This document shows, one piece after another, positions 13,501 to 30,498 of a stretch of 64,000 nt of DNA. This stretch comes from Entomortierella parvispora E1425 (Eukaryota > Fungi > Mortierellomycota). The notes below the pieces were generated by a model. It saw nothing but the letters and a program-made list of their open reading frames with translations, ran no database searches and was not told the origin of the DNA. The DNA lies in NCBI GenBank assembly GCA_020891255.1, contig BQFW01000009.1, positions 62,001 through 126,000 of the forward strand. Reading direction: 5' to 3'. The position numbers were made by a program, and so were the translations under genes. The stretch's first letter is position 1; each line of letters starts with the position of its first letter.

Positions 13501-16124
13501 TGTATACCCACTGCTGGTGATGATCTTTGCCGCTATTGTATCTGCCCGGATGATACTCCCACCTGTGGATCCGTCTTTGGGCCCGAGTGCAACTTGGACA
13601 GCTCAACACTCTACTCCTGCTCTCACGCTGGCGCTCTTCCTCTAACTCCCACTGAATGTGCATGGGGTTGTGATGTCAGGGATGGACCAGACAGGTGCAA
13701 CGCCGACTGCCTGTGCAAGAATGGAAACGATGTCTGTGGATCCACATTCCCCTCCAAGTGCGGCTACAAGCCTGATACCCTCTACAAGTGTTCAGGCGCT
13801 CTTGCTGACCCTTCAGCTCCAGTCGACTGCGCTTGGGGCTGTGACGCAAAATCTGGACCAGATTCGTGCAACGTCGACTGTCTGTGTGTGGACAAGGACG
13901 ATGTGTGTGGATCAGATTTTCCACCCAGATGCGGCTACAAGAAGGATACACTATACAAGTGCACCGATGCCCTTGCCGACCCCTCATCTCCAACCGTCTG
14001 TAAATGGGGCTGCGATATCAAACCTGGACCAGACAAGTGCAACGCTGATTGCCAGTGTAAGGATGGAGACGATGTCTGCGGATCCGTATTCCCCCCCAAG
14101 TGCGGCTTGGAGAAGAATGCCCTGTACAAGTGCGCAGGCCCTCTTGCCGATCCGACCTCTCCAGTTGTCTGCAGAAAGGGTTGCGACGTCCGACCTGGAC
14201 CAGACAAGTGCAACACTGACTGTCTGTGCAAGAGCGACGAAGATGTCTGTGGATCAGAGTTCCCTGACAAGTGTGGCTTTGATAAGAACTCTCTTTACAA
14301 GTGCTCAGGAGCTTTCGCCGATCCGACCTCTCCAATTGTCTGTAGAAAGGGTTGCGACGTCAAACCTGGACCAGACAAGTGCAACATTGACTGTCTGTGC
14401 AAGAACGGCGAAGATGTCTGTGGATCAGAGTTCCCTGAAAAGTGTGGCTTTGACAAGAATGCCCTGTACAAGTGCGCAGGCCCTCTTGCCGATCCGACCT
14501 CTCCGGTTGTCTGTAGAAAGGGTTGCGACGTCAAACCTGGACCAGACAAATGCAACATTGACTGTCTGTGCAAGAACGGCGACGATGTCTGTGGATCCGA
14601 GTTCCCTGACAAGTGTGGCTTTGACAAGAATGCCCTGTACAAGTGCGCAGGCCCTCTTGCCGATCCGACCTCTCCAGTTGTCTGTAGAAAGGGTTGCGAC
14701 GTCAAACCTGGACCAGACAAATGCAACACTGACTGTCTGTGCAAGAACGACGAAGATGTCTGCGGATCAGAGTTCCCTGACAAGTGTGGCTTTGATAAGA
14801 ATTATCTCTACAAGTGCTCAGGCCCTCTTGCTGATCCGACCTCTCCAGTTGTCTGCAGAAAGGGTTGCGACGTCCGACCTGGACCAGACAAGTGCAACAC
14901 TGACTGTCTGTGCAAGAACGGCGAAGATGTCTGTGGATCAGAGTTCCCTGACAAGTGTGGTTTTGATAAGAATTCTCTCTACAAGTGCTCAGGAGCTCTC
15001 GCCGATCCGACCTCTCCAGTTGTCTGCAGAAAGGGTTGTGATGTTAAGCCTGGACCAGATCAATGCAACACCGACTGTCTGTGCAAGAATGGTGAAGATG
15101 TTTGCGGATCAGAGTTCCCCCCCAAATGCGGCCTTCAGAAGGATTCCCTGTACAAGTGCTCAGGCGCTCTTGCCGATCCTTCCTCGCCAGTGGCTTGTCC
15201 AAAGGGCTGTGATGTTAAACCAGGACCAGACCAGTGCAACACCGACTGCCTGTGCAAGGATGGCAACAACGTCTGTGGAACAGAATTCCCCGACAAATGC
15301 GGCTTCAAGAAGGACTCGCTCTACAGCTGTTCAGGTGCTCTTGCTGAACCGTCCAGACCACAAACCTGCACCTTTGGACCCTGCCTGGTCATCAAGGACA
15401 AGAATGATATTTGTACGCCTGATCCATGCCTTTGCACTGAGAAGAAGAGGTTTTGCAGCAATTCCTTGCCGGCGACATGTGGTTTCTCCAACAATACCGT
15501 CTTGGACTGTTCGGGCAGTGGAGTCAGACCTCAGATTGTGAAGGAATGTGAAACTGCAGACACTTGTGTTGAAGATCCTGTCCAAGGTGCAATCTGCAAA
15601 TGCTTGCCAGCGGAGAGTGGAAATATCATCAATCCATACTCTGGTAAATGTATCGCGGTACCTAAGCTTGCGGTGGTAAGTGACTATTCAAAACAAGTGA
15701 GAATACAACTCTTCTAGCGTGGCCATTTGACTGACATTGACGGTTCTCTTTCCCTTTATTTCACTCTACGCGCTTTTAGGGAGAGGGCGTTATATTCATG
15801 AACTGCAGCAGCAAGGTGTCTTACAACGACTGGCGCTTGGTAGGTGGCAGGATCAAGTCTCAAAACAACCAATTCTGCCTAGGATACAAACTGGGCACCA
15901 GACCGTACGAAAACAACCGGATGATTGTGCTGAGGTGCGACTCCAACGAAAAAACTACGATCGGGTGGACAATCGTGAACAGAGAGTCTATCATGAGCGG
16001 GGAGGGCCGCCTTTGCGTCGACATTGAAGGTCCTATCTACGTGGACGGAAACCCCATTATTGCTTATCCTTGCCACGGAGGAGAAAATCAGCTGTGGACC
16101 TTGCCATTGGGATGGGGATGCTAG
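1530..16124 (+). CDS. Giant secreted cysteine-rich repeat protein (~4,587 aa) with a C-terminal ricin-B-type lectin domain
   Basis: join(1530-1854,2048-3597,3688-5565,5654-7717,7804-9318,9409-10932,11031-12545,12628-15675,15780-16124) = 13,764 nt. All 8 introns are GT..AG and each junction preserves the frame. Hydrophobic N-terminus MQILRTRLASLLLVACASSIAILQTASG. About 68 modules of pattern CxC-x6-CG-x2-FP-x2-C…LYxC…P…C…C…C. The C-terminus has ricin-B hallmarks (NPYSGKCI, NQFCL, LCVDI…GNPIIAYPCHGGENQLW). Confidence 0.9.
2990..4585 (+). repeat. Intragenic duplicated block (end of exon 2, intron 2, start of exon 3); second copy at about 10325-11925
   Basis: Intron 2 (3598-3687) and intron 6 (10933-11030) are nearly identical (gtaagataaaatc…gcctctttggaaa…ttgaccgctcgagtatctaact…ttttggtgtggttt…gactgtcctag), and the flanking exon sequence is near-identical. 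Confidence 0.9.
13708..15426 (+). repeat. Tandem array of 10 coding repeats with a 171-bp (57-aa) period
   Basis: Units start at 13708 + 171n (confirmed at 14050 and 15247). Consensus CLCKNGEDVCGSEFPDKCGFDKNALYKCAGPLADPTSPVVCRKGCDVKPGPDKCNTD. The central units are nearly identical in DNA. Confidence 0.97.
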
Positions 16125-16242
16125 TAATAAAGCGGCGTGTTATTTATTATCAAGTCAGAAAACTATCTTTGAAGGGGCGGAGCATATCATCTGCCTTTCA
16201 GGATATAGTTGACCTCTTCGTGCGTCTGGCAGCGAACTCAGA

Positions 16243-18424
16243 CTAGAATGTTCTCTGGGTTGCAGTTGTGTTCTTTTCCGAGTTCTCCCAAAGGGTTCTC
16301 GCCCGTATGGAACCAGTGTCCATAGCAGAAGCAGCAGCGACGAAATAGTAGGAAAGAAGTATGTGGCAAAGACGTTTATTGTTATTTTGAAGTATTGATA
16401 TGGATGGTACTGAAGTGCTGATATTGTCGGTTAAAGTACTTGCTTGTATGGAACCAGTGCCCGCATAGCAGAAGCAGCAGCGACGAAATAGTAGGAAAGA
16501 AGTATGTGGCAAAGACAGCTTTCCCCTGTCTCCCGCCCATTGCATGTTTTTATACCAGAGTTGCGGTGGCTTGTAGGCAAATCCACGACACGAAGGCGGC
16601 CATGTCCTCGTAGAGGGGATGGCGGGAAATGTGGCCCTTTTACATACAGTCCCAGAGTAAAAAAACATTGGCCGCCGGACACAGTAAAAAAACCTTCACC
16701 CAGGTGTTACAAAAGTCCAAGGGTCGACACTACTTACAGTTTTTCATAGGGTTCCGCCAAGGAGCCGTTGTTTTCAAGAACTTGGTCCCTGAAATACATC
16801 AAATCAGGACCAATATCCACAGGACCAATATCCACATTGCTGTATGTCCACGTGCTTTCGACATTCGAATCATGTCTTCCATCTCCCTCCAGAAAATTCC
16901 AGGCATATAGTCCGGAAGTTGAATCATAGAGGTCCTGGTCAGACAAAAAATCCGGATCATTTGGATCGCATGATGGGAGGTCCAAGTTAAAAAGGGGCTG
17001 TTGGTTCAATGGTTGATCTGTCAGCGTTGCAACATTGCCAATGTCGCTATGATTTTCATTGTTAGGTGAAAGGTATCTCGGGAGGTTCACTATAAAAGTG
17101 ATGTTCAGAAACACTGAGCATCAGAACAAGTCTTCAATTTTACAACACTATTGCCTGAAAATAAGTCCACGATCACTTACGATCATCCATCGTCAAGCTG
17201 TGTCCAAATGAAACTAATAAGAGGAGAAAAGATAAGTGAGTGTATCTGCCTACAAAACAAGATGTCGTTTAACTTTTACGCTACTTACTTCCTGTCGATT
17301 GACTGCGATTCTTGTCAGTGGAAGTCCTAGATTCAAGCTGTCCATACAGATCTTCACTACGATCAACGAACAGAGAGGCAGATGAAGGAGGGCCAGTCGA
17401 GCAGGCACCTTCTTTGCAAGACTGTACAGGTGGTGAAGAAAGTGTATCCCGATTGGGGTGAGAGACAAGTGCATTAGGCGTCTTTGACGAGTCAGCAACC
17501 TGGTCGAACCATGCAAGCCATGCAGCAGGCAGTACGGTATCAGTGAGGAAAATATCGTTGACTTCACCATCCTCACCCCCGATATCCTCGTCTTGGCCAT
17601 CATCTTCCTTGTCTTGAGAAAGGCCTAGCTCATTAACAGTGATGACTGGAGGAGTTTGCGGGGACAGAGGGGCTATTAAAAATGCAAATGTTATCAGCGT
17701 GACTAGTAGAATTGAACAAACAGAAGAGCGTGTCCTAGCGGACGTCCAATTGTTCTCACCTCTTTTCGTGGAGTTACCGTTGTCATCAAATGGGTCTCGG
17801 GGGTGCTTCAGAGGGCCTAGACAGTATCAGTGAAAGTCAAAGAGTGAATACTATTAGCTAGAACAAAGACGAAAATCTTATAGGAACGCATCGCTTACTT
17901 ATACTGGGAAAGTTGTAGCCGGGCAGTGATGGGCCTGGAGCGGGATAGGGAGAGCCTGCCGTCGAGAAGTATTCAAGGAGGGTTGACTGTATGAGTGATA
18001 GGCAAAACGAGTGTTATGAAAAGGGTCCTTTCAAATTACCGGATGAAGTGTATTTATTTGACTGGTCGTCAGAGTCTTCTTTGTATGTCGAGTACTCAGC
18101 TTGAAGTACGTGCAAACCAGCCTCGGCTGAAGAGACAGCAGCCTTCCATGCTGTGCTTTTAAGGCTGAGCTTGAACCGCAGTGATTCCCAATATTGTTTA
18201 GCCTCGTTGGCTTTAAAAGTCTGGTACTCTCTCATTAGATGTTTTCTCCGAGCGGCGACGATTGCTGTCGACTTGATAAGCTGCAAATACTGTTCTTCTG
18301 CAGATTCCGCGTCGGTGTATTTGAATCTTCTGGCAAATGATGGCATATTCACATGCTCTCTGCGGTCTTGCGTAAAAGACAACGCCCACTGGAGTTGGCT
18401 CTTGAATGAACGGTCTGAATCCAT
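16243..18424 (-). CDS. Hypothetical multi-exon protein (~553 aa); 3' end uncertain, possibly truncated
   Basis: complement(join(16243-16636?,16738-17089,17181-17213,17289-17672,17760-17816,17899-17955,18040-18424)). The first six exons join in frame through canonical GT-AG introns. The last exon relies on a weaker AAG acceptor and spans the direct repeat. Confidence 0.6.
16305..16516. repeat. Direct repeat pair of about 70 bp (16305-16373 and 16446-16516)
   Basis: gtatggaaccagtg…catagcagaagcagcagcgacgaaatagtaggaaagaagtatgtggcaaagac occurs twice, 141 bp apart. Confidence 0.95.
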
Positions 18425-19699
18425 CTAAAACATTGAAGAAAAACGTAATTGATTCAAGTCAAATACATCATGTTAACTGGAAAAGCATACTGTAACATGG
18501 ACAATCAAATGTTCTTCACAATCAAATGTTCTCCATCAGAGGTCGACAAGGACTGCGCCCAAAAACATTCGACCACCAGTCCGTTCCCCAACAGCGCCAG
18601 AGACCCCAATTAAGGATGACCGGTAAATCCCGCACGTCGAGCTAGCAGTGCATTGGAAAGGTGTTTGTGCGCAAGTCAATAAAAGAATTGCCATCATACC
18701 TGTCAGGAGGGACTGATGGGAGCGTTTGGAGTGATGTGTGAGTGAAGCGCGGTATAGGCAAAGGGAGAAATGGATGGAGCACAAAATGTGAGTGCTACAG
18801 GAAACTAACTCAAGCAGAATAGAGTGCCAAGGCAAGGCGTGATTGAGAAAGATAGGACGTGAGAGAGAAAGGAAAGGCAGCAAAGAAAAGGAGGTGTGGG
18901 AGAGAAAGGACATCTGTGGTGATGAACAACATGAGACGCGTTCATCGATGGAATTAAGGGGCGTTTGCGCAGCACTTGCGATCAAGAAGACGACCAGGGC
19001 TGACAGGCGGAGGACGACGACCTAACGACTTCAGGCTCGAGTTAGATACCCTGGCTCACGATATCAACATGCACCAGTGCTACACTGCACTGACCAGTCT
19101 ATCAAAACCGCGAAACCTCACCACCTTCGAGATCACTCCCCAAACTCCTCCGTACATTGTCACCGGTTTGATTTGAACGTGGTGCGTGCAGAGTGAAGAG
19201 TGGAGGAACTCTTTTTCATGGCTTCTTGTTCGCGTGCATATTCTCTTCCCTCTCGCTCCTCTTCAGTATACGAGTTTGGGCTCGCAACTTGAGCCACTTC
19301 CCGTCGGGCATCTCACAAAAAAAAGGGCTGCAACATATCAGGATTGCCAGCACAGGTTATGAGGTCCCTTAGGATATCCTCTCCGTCAACACAACCAAGA
19401 CTCGTTTTTGCTGCAAGAACATTTCATGATGCATAGACGATATGCATGGATGGTCAACTCAACAACAGGCCATGCATGGATACCCGCATGCTTATATCGG
19501 CTAAAAGTGGCGACAACAGAACCAACCTGAATGGACAAAAAACACAGAGGCACACTCTCCTCGGAAATATCAACAAGACTCTGAGTAATACAAATGCAAA
19601 TGGTTCAACGCTTTTATCGTTTCTAAAGCAAAACGAGACTGTAGATATAGACCAGGAGATAAAAAAAAACAAAAACAAAAAAAGAAAGAGAGAGGGATA

Positions 19700-26002
<6,303 letters not shown>

Positions 26003-27295
26003 ATTTGCGTTGTCCCTAGTGGAGACGAAAAGAGTAGAGAAGGAGCAAAAGAAACAAAGAAGGAGCAACCGTGCCTACTGGCTATGCGGTAGAAACAAAA
26101 GAAAGGAGGAGAGGGGGGAAAAAATATGTAAAGTCAGCCATGTATGTACACTTGGCTGGTCTCGTTGCGCCTGTGCTGCTGCGAGGATGATCGCCGTCAG
26201 ATCGCCTTTCATTCCCCACCGCACACACCACCACTCCTCCAAGAGGAAGAATAAATTGATCATCGTAATCCCCTTTGGCTCCCTCTCTCCTATGGTCACA
26301 ATTCCACTACGTCCTCATCTTGAATCTCTGTTTTGACTGGAACTGTAACTGACCACGATCGCCGTTATCAAGGCAACATCAACCATAAAGAAATGTTTTT
26401 GTGCAGCACCGTCGTTTTCAATGGCGGTTGCCTTTTAAACCCCTCCCTCCCTCCCTCCCTCCCTCAAACGCCAGCAAAATAGGTGTCCAAGAATAAAAGT
26501 AACAAGATCGAAAACATTTTTGAAACTTACATTTGGAGCTGTGGTTGAAGGGATAATGAAGATATGGTGGTCAATGGATTTGGGTGATCAGGATCAAGAG
26601 CAGAGTAGGTCGTTGAATTATTGTCAATTCCAAAGAGCAAAAACAAAGAGTACGCATTTGCAAAGAGTGTCAAGGATATACCCCAGCTTTTTTTTTGAGT
26701 TGCCGGGCTTTTAATACGGTCCCTCGGTTGTTTGTTTGCTAAGCAAGTGTGCGCGAATGAAGGAGCGGTTCTGTGGGAAAGTGTGGGTGGCTGCGAATAG
26801 GTGGCTGGCAAGGTACAGCCACCGCCAGATCCGGGGGCGATGTGGAAGCTTGTTTTCAATCATGGCCACTCATCCTCCTGCCATTGTCGGTCCTTACAAA
26901 GCCCCCCAGTCGGTGTGTCTTTGATTTCTCATTCATTAACCGGTAAACCCGACTCCAAAACGGCAATTCCCAAGGAGAGAGATCCTCTGAGGCTCTAACG
27001 ACAGGTTTTGTTTGTGTCAGATCGAGTGCGGTACTTCACTCTCACGTCCTTTATGAATTGGTGGCGTACCAGGTAACGTGATACTACATCACGTGCTCAA
27101 AATTTCTCGCCCATCGAACCCGAATCGATGAGGTGGCCCAGGCCACCCGCTATATTTCTCACGCGCATGTCATCAACCGCTTTTGTTTCTCCTCTTCTTC
27201 TTTTTCCTTTCTTTCTGTAACTATCTGTCATCCTTCTGTACCTTTTCCTCTCTACTCCGTCGTTGCTCTCGTAGTCGTCGACCCTACTCTTCACA

Positions 27296-29230
27296 ATGTC
27301 TATCCTACTCCGTGGACGCAGCAGTCGCTCCTTGTCCACTTTGACCGTCTCCTTGCAGACGCGAACTTTCAACCCCGCCTTTTCTCGGCTTCCCATCGTG
27401 ACCACCTCGAGAACCTTTTCCTCCAACAAGGACCCTGCAAAGCCCGACGCTGCCTCGGATGGCGGTCTGGAGAAATCTGACACACAGGAGGAACCAGTCA
27501 AGCCGATGGGCAAGGTCAGCGGAATCGTCAACAGCATTCTACACGGCTCGGGATCCTTGCCAAAGATTCAAAGCCAGGAATCATGGGGCGTTTCTTTGGC
27601 CCGTGGCAAGTATGTACACGAGTTGCAGAGTAAGTAACCGTTTTGGCCTGCCTGATAGCTCCAGTTGGCCCGTCGGATGGCCATGCACTGCCAGCGTTTC
27701 GCTAAATGATCCTGTCTCCTGCTTCTTTTAGAGCACCATATTCGTCCAGAAAGATTTGACGACTATGTAAAATTGGTGTAAGTCCACAGCTCTGAAATGA
27801 TGATGTACTTTGTGACCTTTTAAGGCTTAACCGCTCGAAGCATCGCTAACAGACCTTTTGATCCGAAAACTACTTAGATCCGAAGCCTTCCCGCGGATGG
27901 TCAAGGAATCCAATAACAAGATTCGCCTCACCGGAAGCTGGCTGACGGAGATTGGAGAACTGGACACTGCGGGCAAGTAACAATTTTGATGCTTTCAGGA
28001 CGGACATATATGTGAGCATCGACGTGTGTTTGTGTGTCTGCTGACTTCTGTGCCCAAGAGTTGGGTCGATGCTCTGTCGTCACCGCCCATTCTCTGGGCG
28101 CGTCACCACTCGGTGTTGTTTGCATGAGACACATCCGGAAAATAAGTCTGGGTCGGCTGCAATTATTGTGGAGAGGAAGGGGGGCATCCAACCTATACAA
28201 AGTGTGAGCCCAAACCATACTGGACCACCCGACAAACAAATGGCTCGGCCCAGGGTTCAGGCTCCAAAGCGAGACTACACGCACCTTTTGAAGTGCTTGT
28301 CTGGGATACGTACGACCTTCATCTAATTCTTTGCTCTGTCCCTTCTATTGTCTATAGTCCATATTTGGGAGTTTGATGGGTACTTGGGCCATACTCAGGA
28401 GATGGATCGCCTTCGAAAAGACCCCGTAAGTTCTAAAGTGTCGTGTCTCGTCATTTTTTTTTACTGTGTCCTGCCAGACATACTTATGTGGAGCTCCCCT
28501 TCATATTGCACTATGAACATAGACATACCAAAAGTTTTTGAAGGAGCTGCGAACTATGATTGTTCGCCGCGATAACCAAATCTGTCTCGAATTTGCATTC
28601 TGGAAATCTCGCTCGCCAGTGAACTTGGGCGGTATTTATGAGATGAGAACCTATTTGCTCAAGGTACGTGCTTGGTATCGAGATGTTGATGTGTTTGGCT
28701 TGATCAGCTCAGCAAAGGGCACTCATGCCTTGTGGATGCTTTGTCATCACTTAGCCCGGTAACTTGCTGGAGTGGGAGACAAACTGGCGCAGGGGCCTCG
28801 AGTGTAGACGTCAGTTCTGCGAACCCGTAGGCGCTTGGTTTTCTCAGCTCGGAAAGCTCAACTATGTTCACCACGTGTGGAACTACCCGTAAGAAACCCT
28901 CCGATCGATCCATCTATCGTATTCCTACAATGATACAGCTTTGCAAATGTGCTGTCAGCCTGACTCTGTACTTTGTTATGGGGACGTAGGGACTTGGAAA
29001 CTCGCAAGAAAACTAGAGAACAAGCTTGGAAAGTCGACGGTTGGGCAGAAACTGTGTACAACACGGGTAAATCAACTGATTCTAGCGCAACAGCGTTTTG
29101 TTGTTATTTTTCCTTCCTCGTTCTCGTTGTCTAACGTTTGCCCTTCATGTGATATATCAATATAGTGCGACTCATTGAGAACATGGAAGCCAACATCCTT
29201 TTGCCCATGGAATTTTCTTCCTTGAAATAA
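27296..29230 (+). CDS. NIPSNAP: NIPSNAP family protein with a mitochondrial-type presequence (319 aa)
   Basis: join(27296-27629,27732-27777,27878-27972,28358-28425,28523-28663,28755-28888,28990-29066,29166-29230). Motifs GSWLTEIGELDTAVHIWEF, GGIYEMRTYLLKPG, GAWFSQLGKLNYVHHVWNYP and AWKVDGWAETV. Intron 3 is GC-AG. Confidence 0.93.
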
Positions 29231-29352
29231 ACTGCCCGGGTGCAGTCTTGTCTAGATTGGCATGTCGTTAACAAAGTGTATGCAAATGCGTGTTTTATTG
29301 GACTACGATCCTTGTCCATGCTCGACTCTTTTTCCCAAAAACGACCCTTGAT

Positions 29353-29698
29353 TTACTTTCCGAGCTTCTTGCGCAAAGCACGAGTTCTCTTTCTGAGCTT
29401 TTGGTACTTGTGCTTTCTCATCTTGATCTTTCTCTTGCGCAATACACTGGTCATATACATTCCGTTCGCCTCCTCGATGCCGTCGATCGAAACCTGTTCG
29501 ATCTGTGATGACACTGGGGTAGAGATCCGGCCGTCAATGGTGTCCAAGATGTGCTGCTTCTCCTCCACTGCTCTGAAAAAGTCCTGGACTCTTTGGTCAG
29601 CCTTGATCGACTCGACAGTGTTGGGTGGTGAGAAGGGGCGGAGGGTTGAGAAGTAGTTGGTCAAGTTCTCAACATTGGCAATGTCTATTGAACAATTG

Positions 29699-29730
<32 letters not shown>

Positions 29731-30108
29731 TCAGTCCTACTGACAGGCAATTTTTTGGTTGTTGGAGTCACGTCAAGTGATAGGCTAGATCCAGTCAGTT
29801 ATTCAGTTCGTACCCTCGGCGTTTGAAGACTCCATAGGCATGTTGGTGATGCCGAGCAAAGGGCGGTCGAGGGCAAAGAAGGCACCGTGAGCCAGATCCA
29901 ATCGATCAAGAGTAGAGGCGTGGACCGGGCGCTCAGGCGCGACCAAAGCCGCAAAGTCGTTCTGGAAGGAGGCAAAATCGCTCGAGGAAGACGAGGAGGA
30001 GGATTGGAAGCGACGGGGAGCGGTGGAGAGGGTGGACCAGACGCCAGCAGTCTGCTTGGTGGCAGCCAAGGCAGATCGCCTCATGGGTCCATGAAGAGAT
30101 GCAAGCAT
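29353..30108 (-). CDS. COX24: Mitochondrial COX24/mS38-like protein (DUF1713-type basic C-terminus), 208 aa
   Basis: complement(join(29353-29684,29814-30108)). Arg/Ser/Ala-rich presequence and C-terminal MTSVLRKRKIKMRKHKYQKLRKRTRALRKKLGK. Confidence 0.85.
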
Positions 30109-30462
30109 TATGAGAGGACGAGAGTAAAAAAAAAAGAGGTTGAGGATAGAGAGAGGACTTGTCTGCCAGAAAAATAAGCACGGAACAAGTCGAGGAGGAG
30201 AACAGGGGTGGAGTGGAGAGAAGAGGGAGGATTAGCGAGGGGGGATGGTCAAGGGAGGGGAGGAATGAATGATGCGATTAGATTCCAGAGACGATGCACC
30301 GTTGACGGAGACTGGCAGTTTGAGGTCCAGTTCGGAGAAGACTCGGTGCCTGTCTTTCTGTGCCAGCCAGCCAAGCCAGACACCACCAGGGAGGTGTGTG
30401 TTTTTGTGTTTGAATTGATCCGATGGCAGAGGCAAGAAAGACAGTCCAGCAAGCCACCCGTA

Positions 30463-30498
30463 GTCACATGACTGTAGTCACGTGGCATGCATCACATG
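30463..30498. promoter_or_regulatory. Three RTCACRTG (E-box/Cbf1-like) motifs at an exact 14-bp spacing in a divergent promoter
   Basis: GTCACATG 30463, GTCACGTG 30477, ATCACATG 30491, between the COX24-like gene (-) and the kinase (+). Confidence 0.5.

Noticed and set aside
13708-15426. Regular repeat array as a possible CRISPR or satellite
   Set aside because: There are no unique spacers, the period is a multiple of 3, the array lies in an open coding frame, and the context is eukaryotic.
2094-15585. Dozens of alternative-frame and antisense ORFs over the giant gene, including the 627-aa ORF at 13658-15541
   Set aside because: They are shadows of a repetitive CDS; a stop-free frame in one repeat unit is propagated through the array.
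18976-19176. Short ORF …ELDTLAHDINMHQCYTALTSLSKPRNL…
   Set aside because: It has no ATG start or convincing splice partners and no recognisable motif, so support is insufficient.
27797-27803. ATGATGA box-C-like motif in NIPSNAP intron 2 (possible C/D snoRNA)
   Set aside because: There is no downstream CTGA box D or terminal stem within the 100-nt intron.
28250-28330. Possible TPP riboswitch in the GC-AG intron
   Set aside because: The conserved aptamer cores (CTGAGA; CTGAT…TAAT…GCG) are absent.
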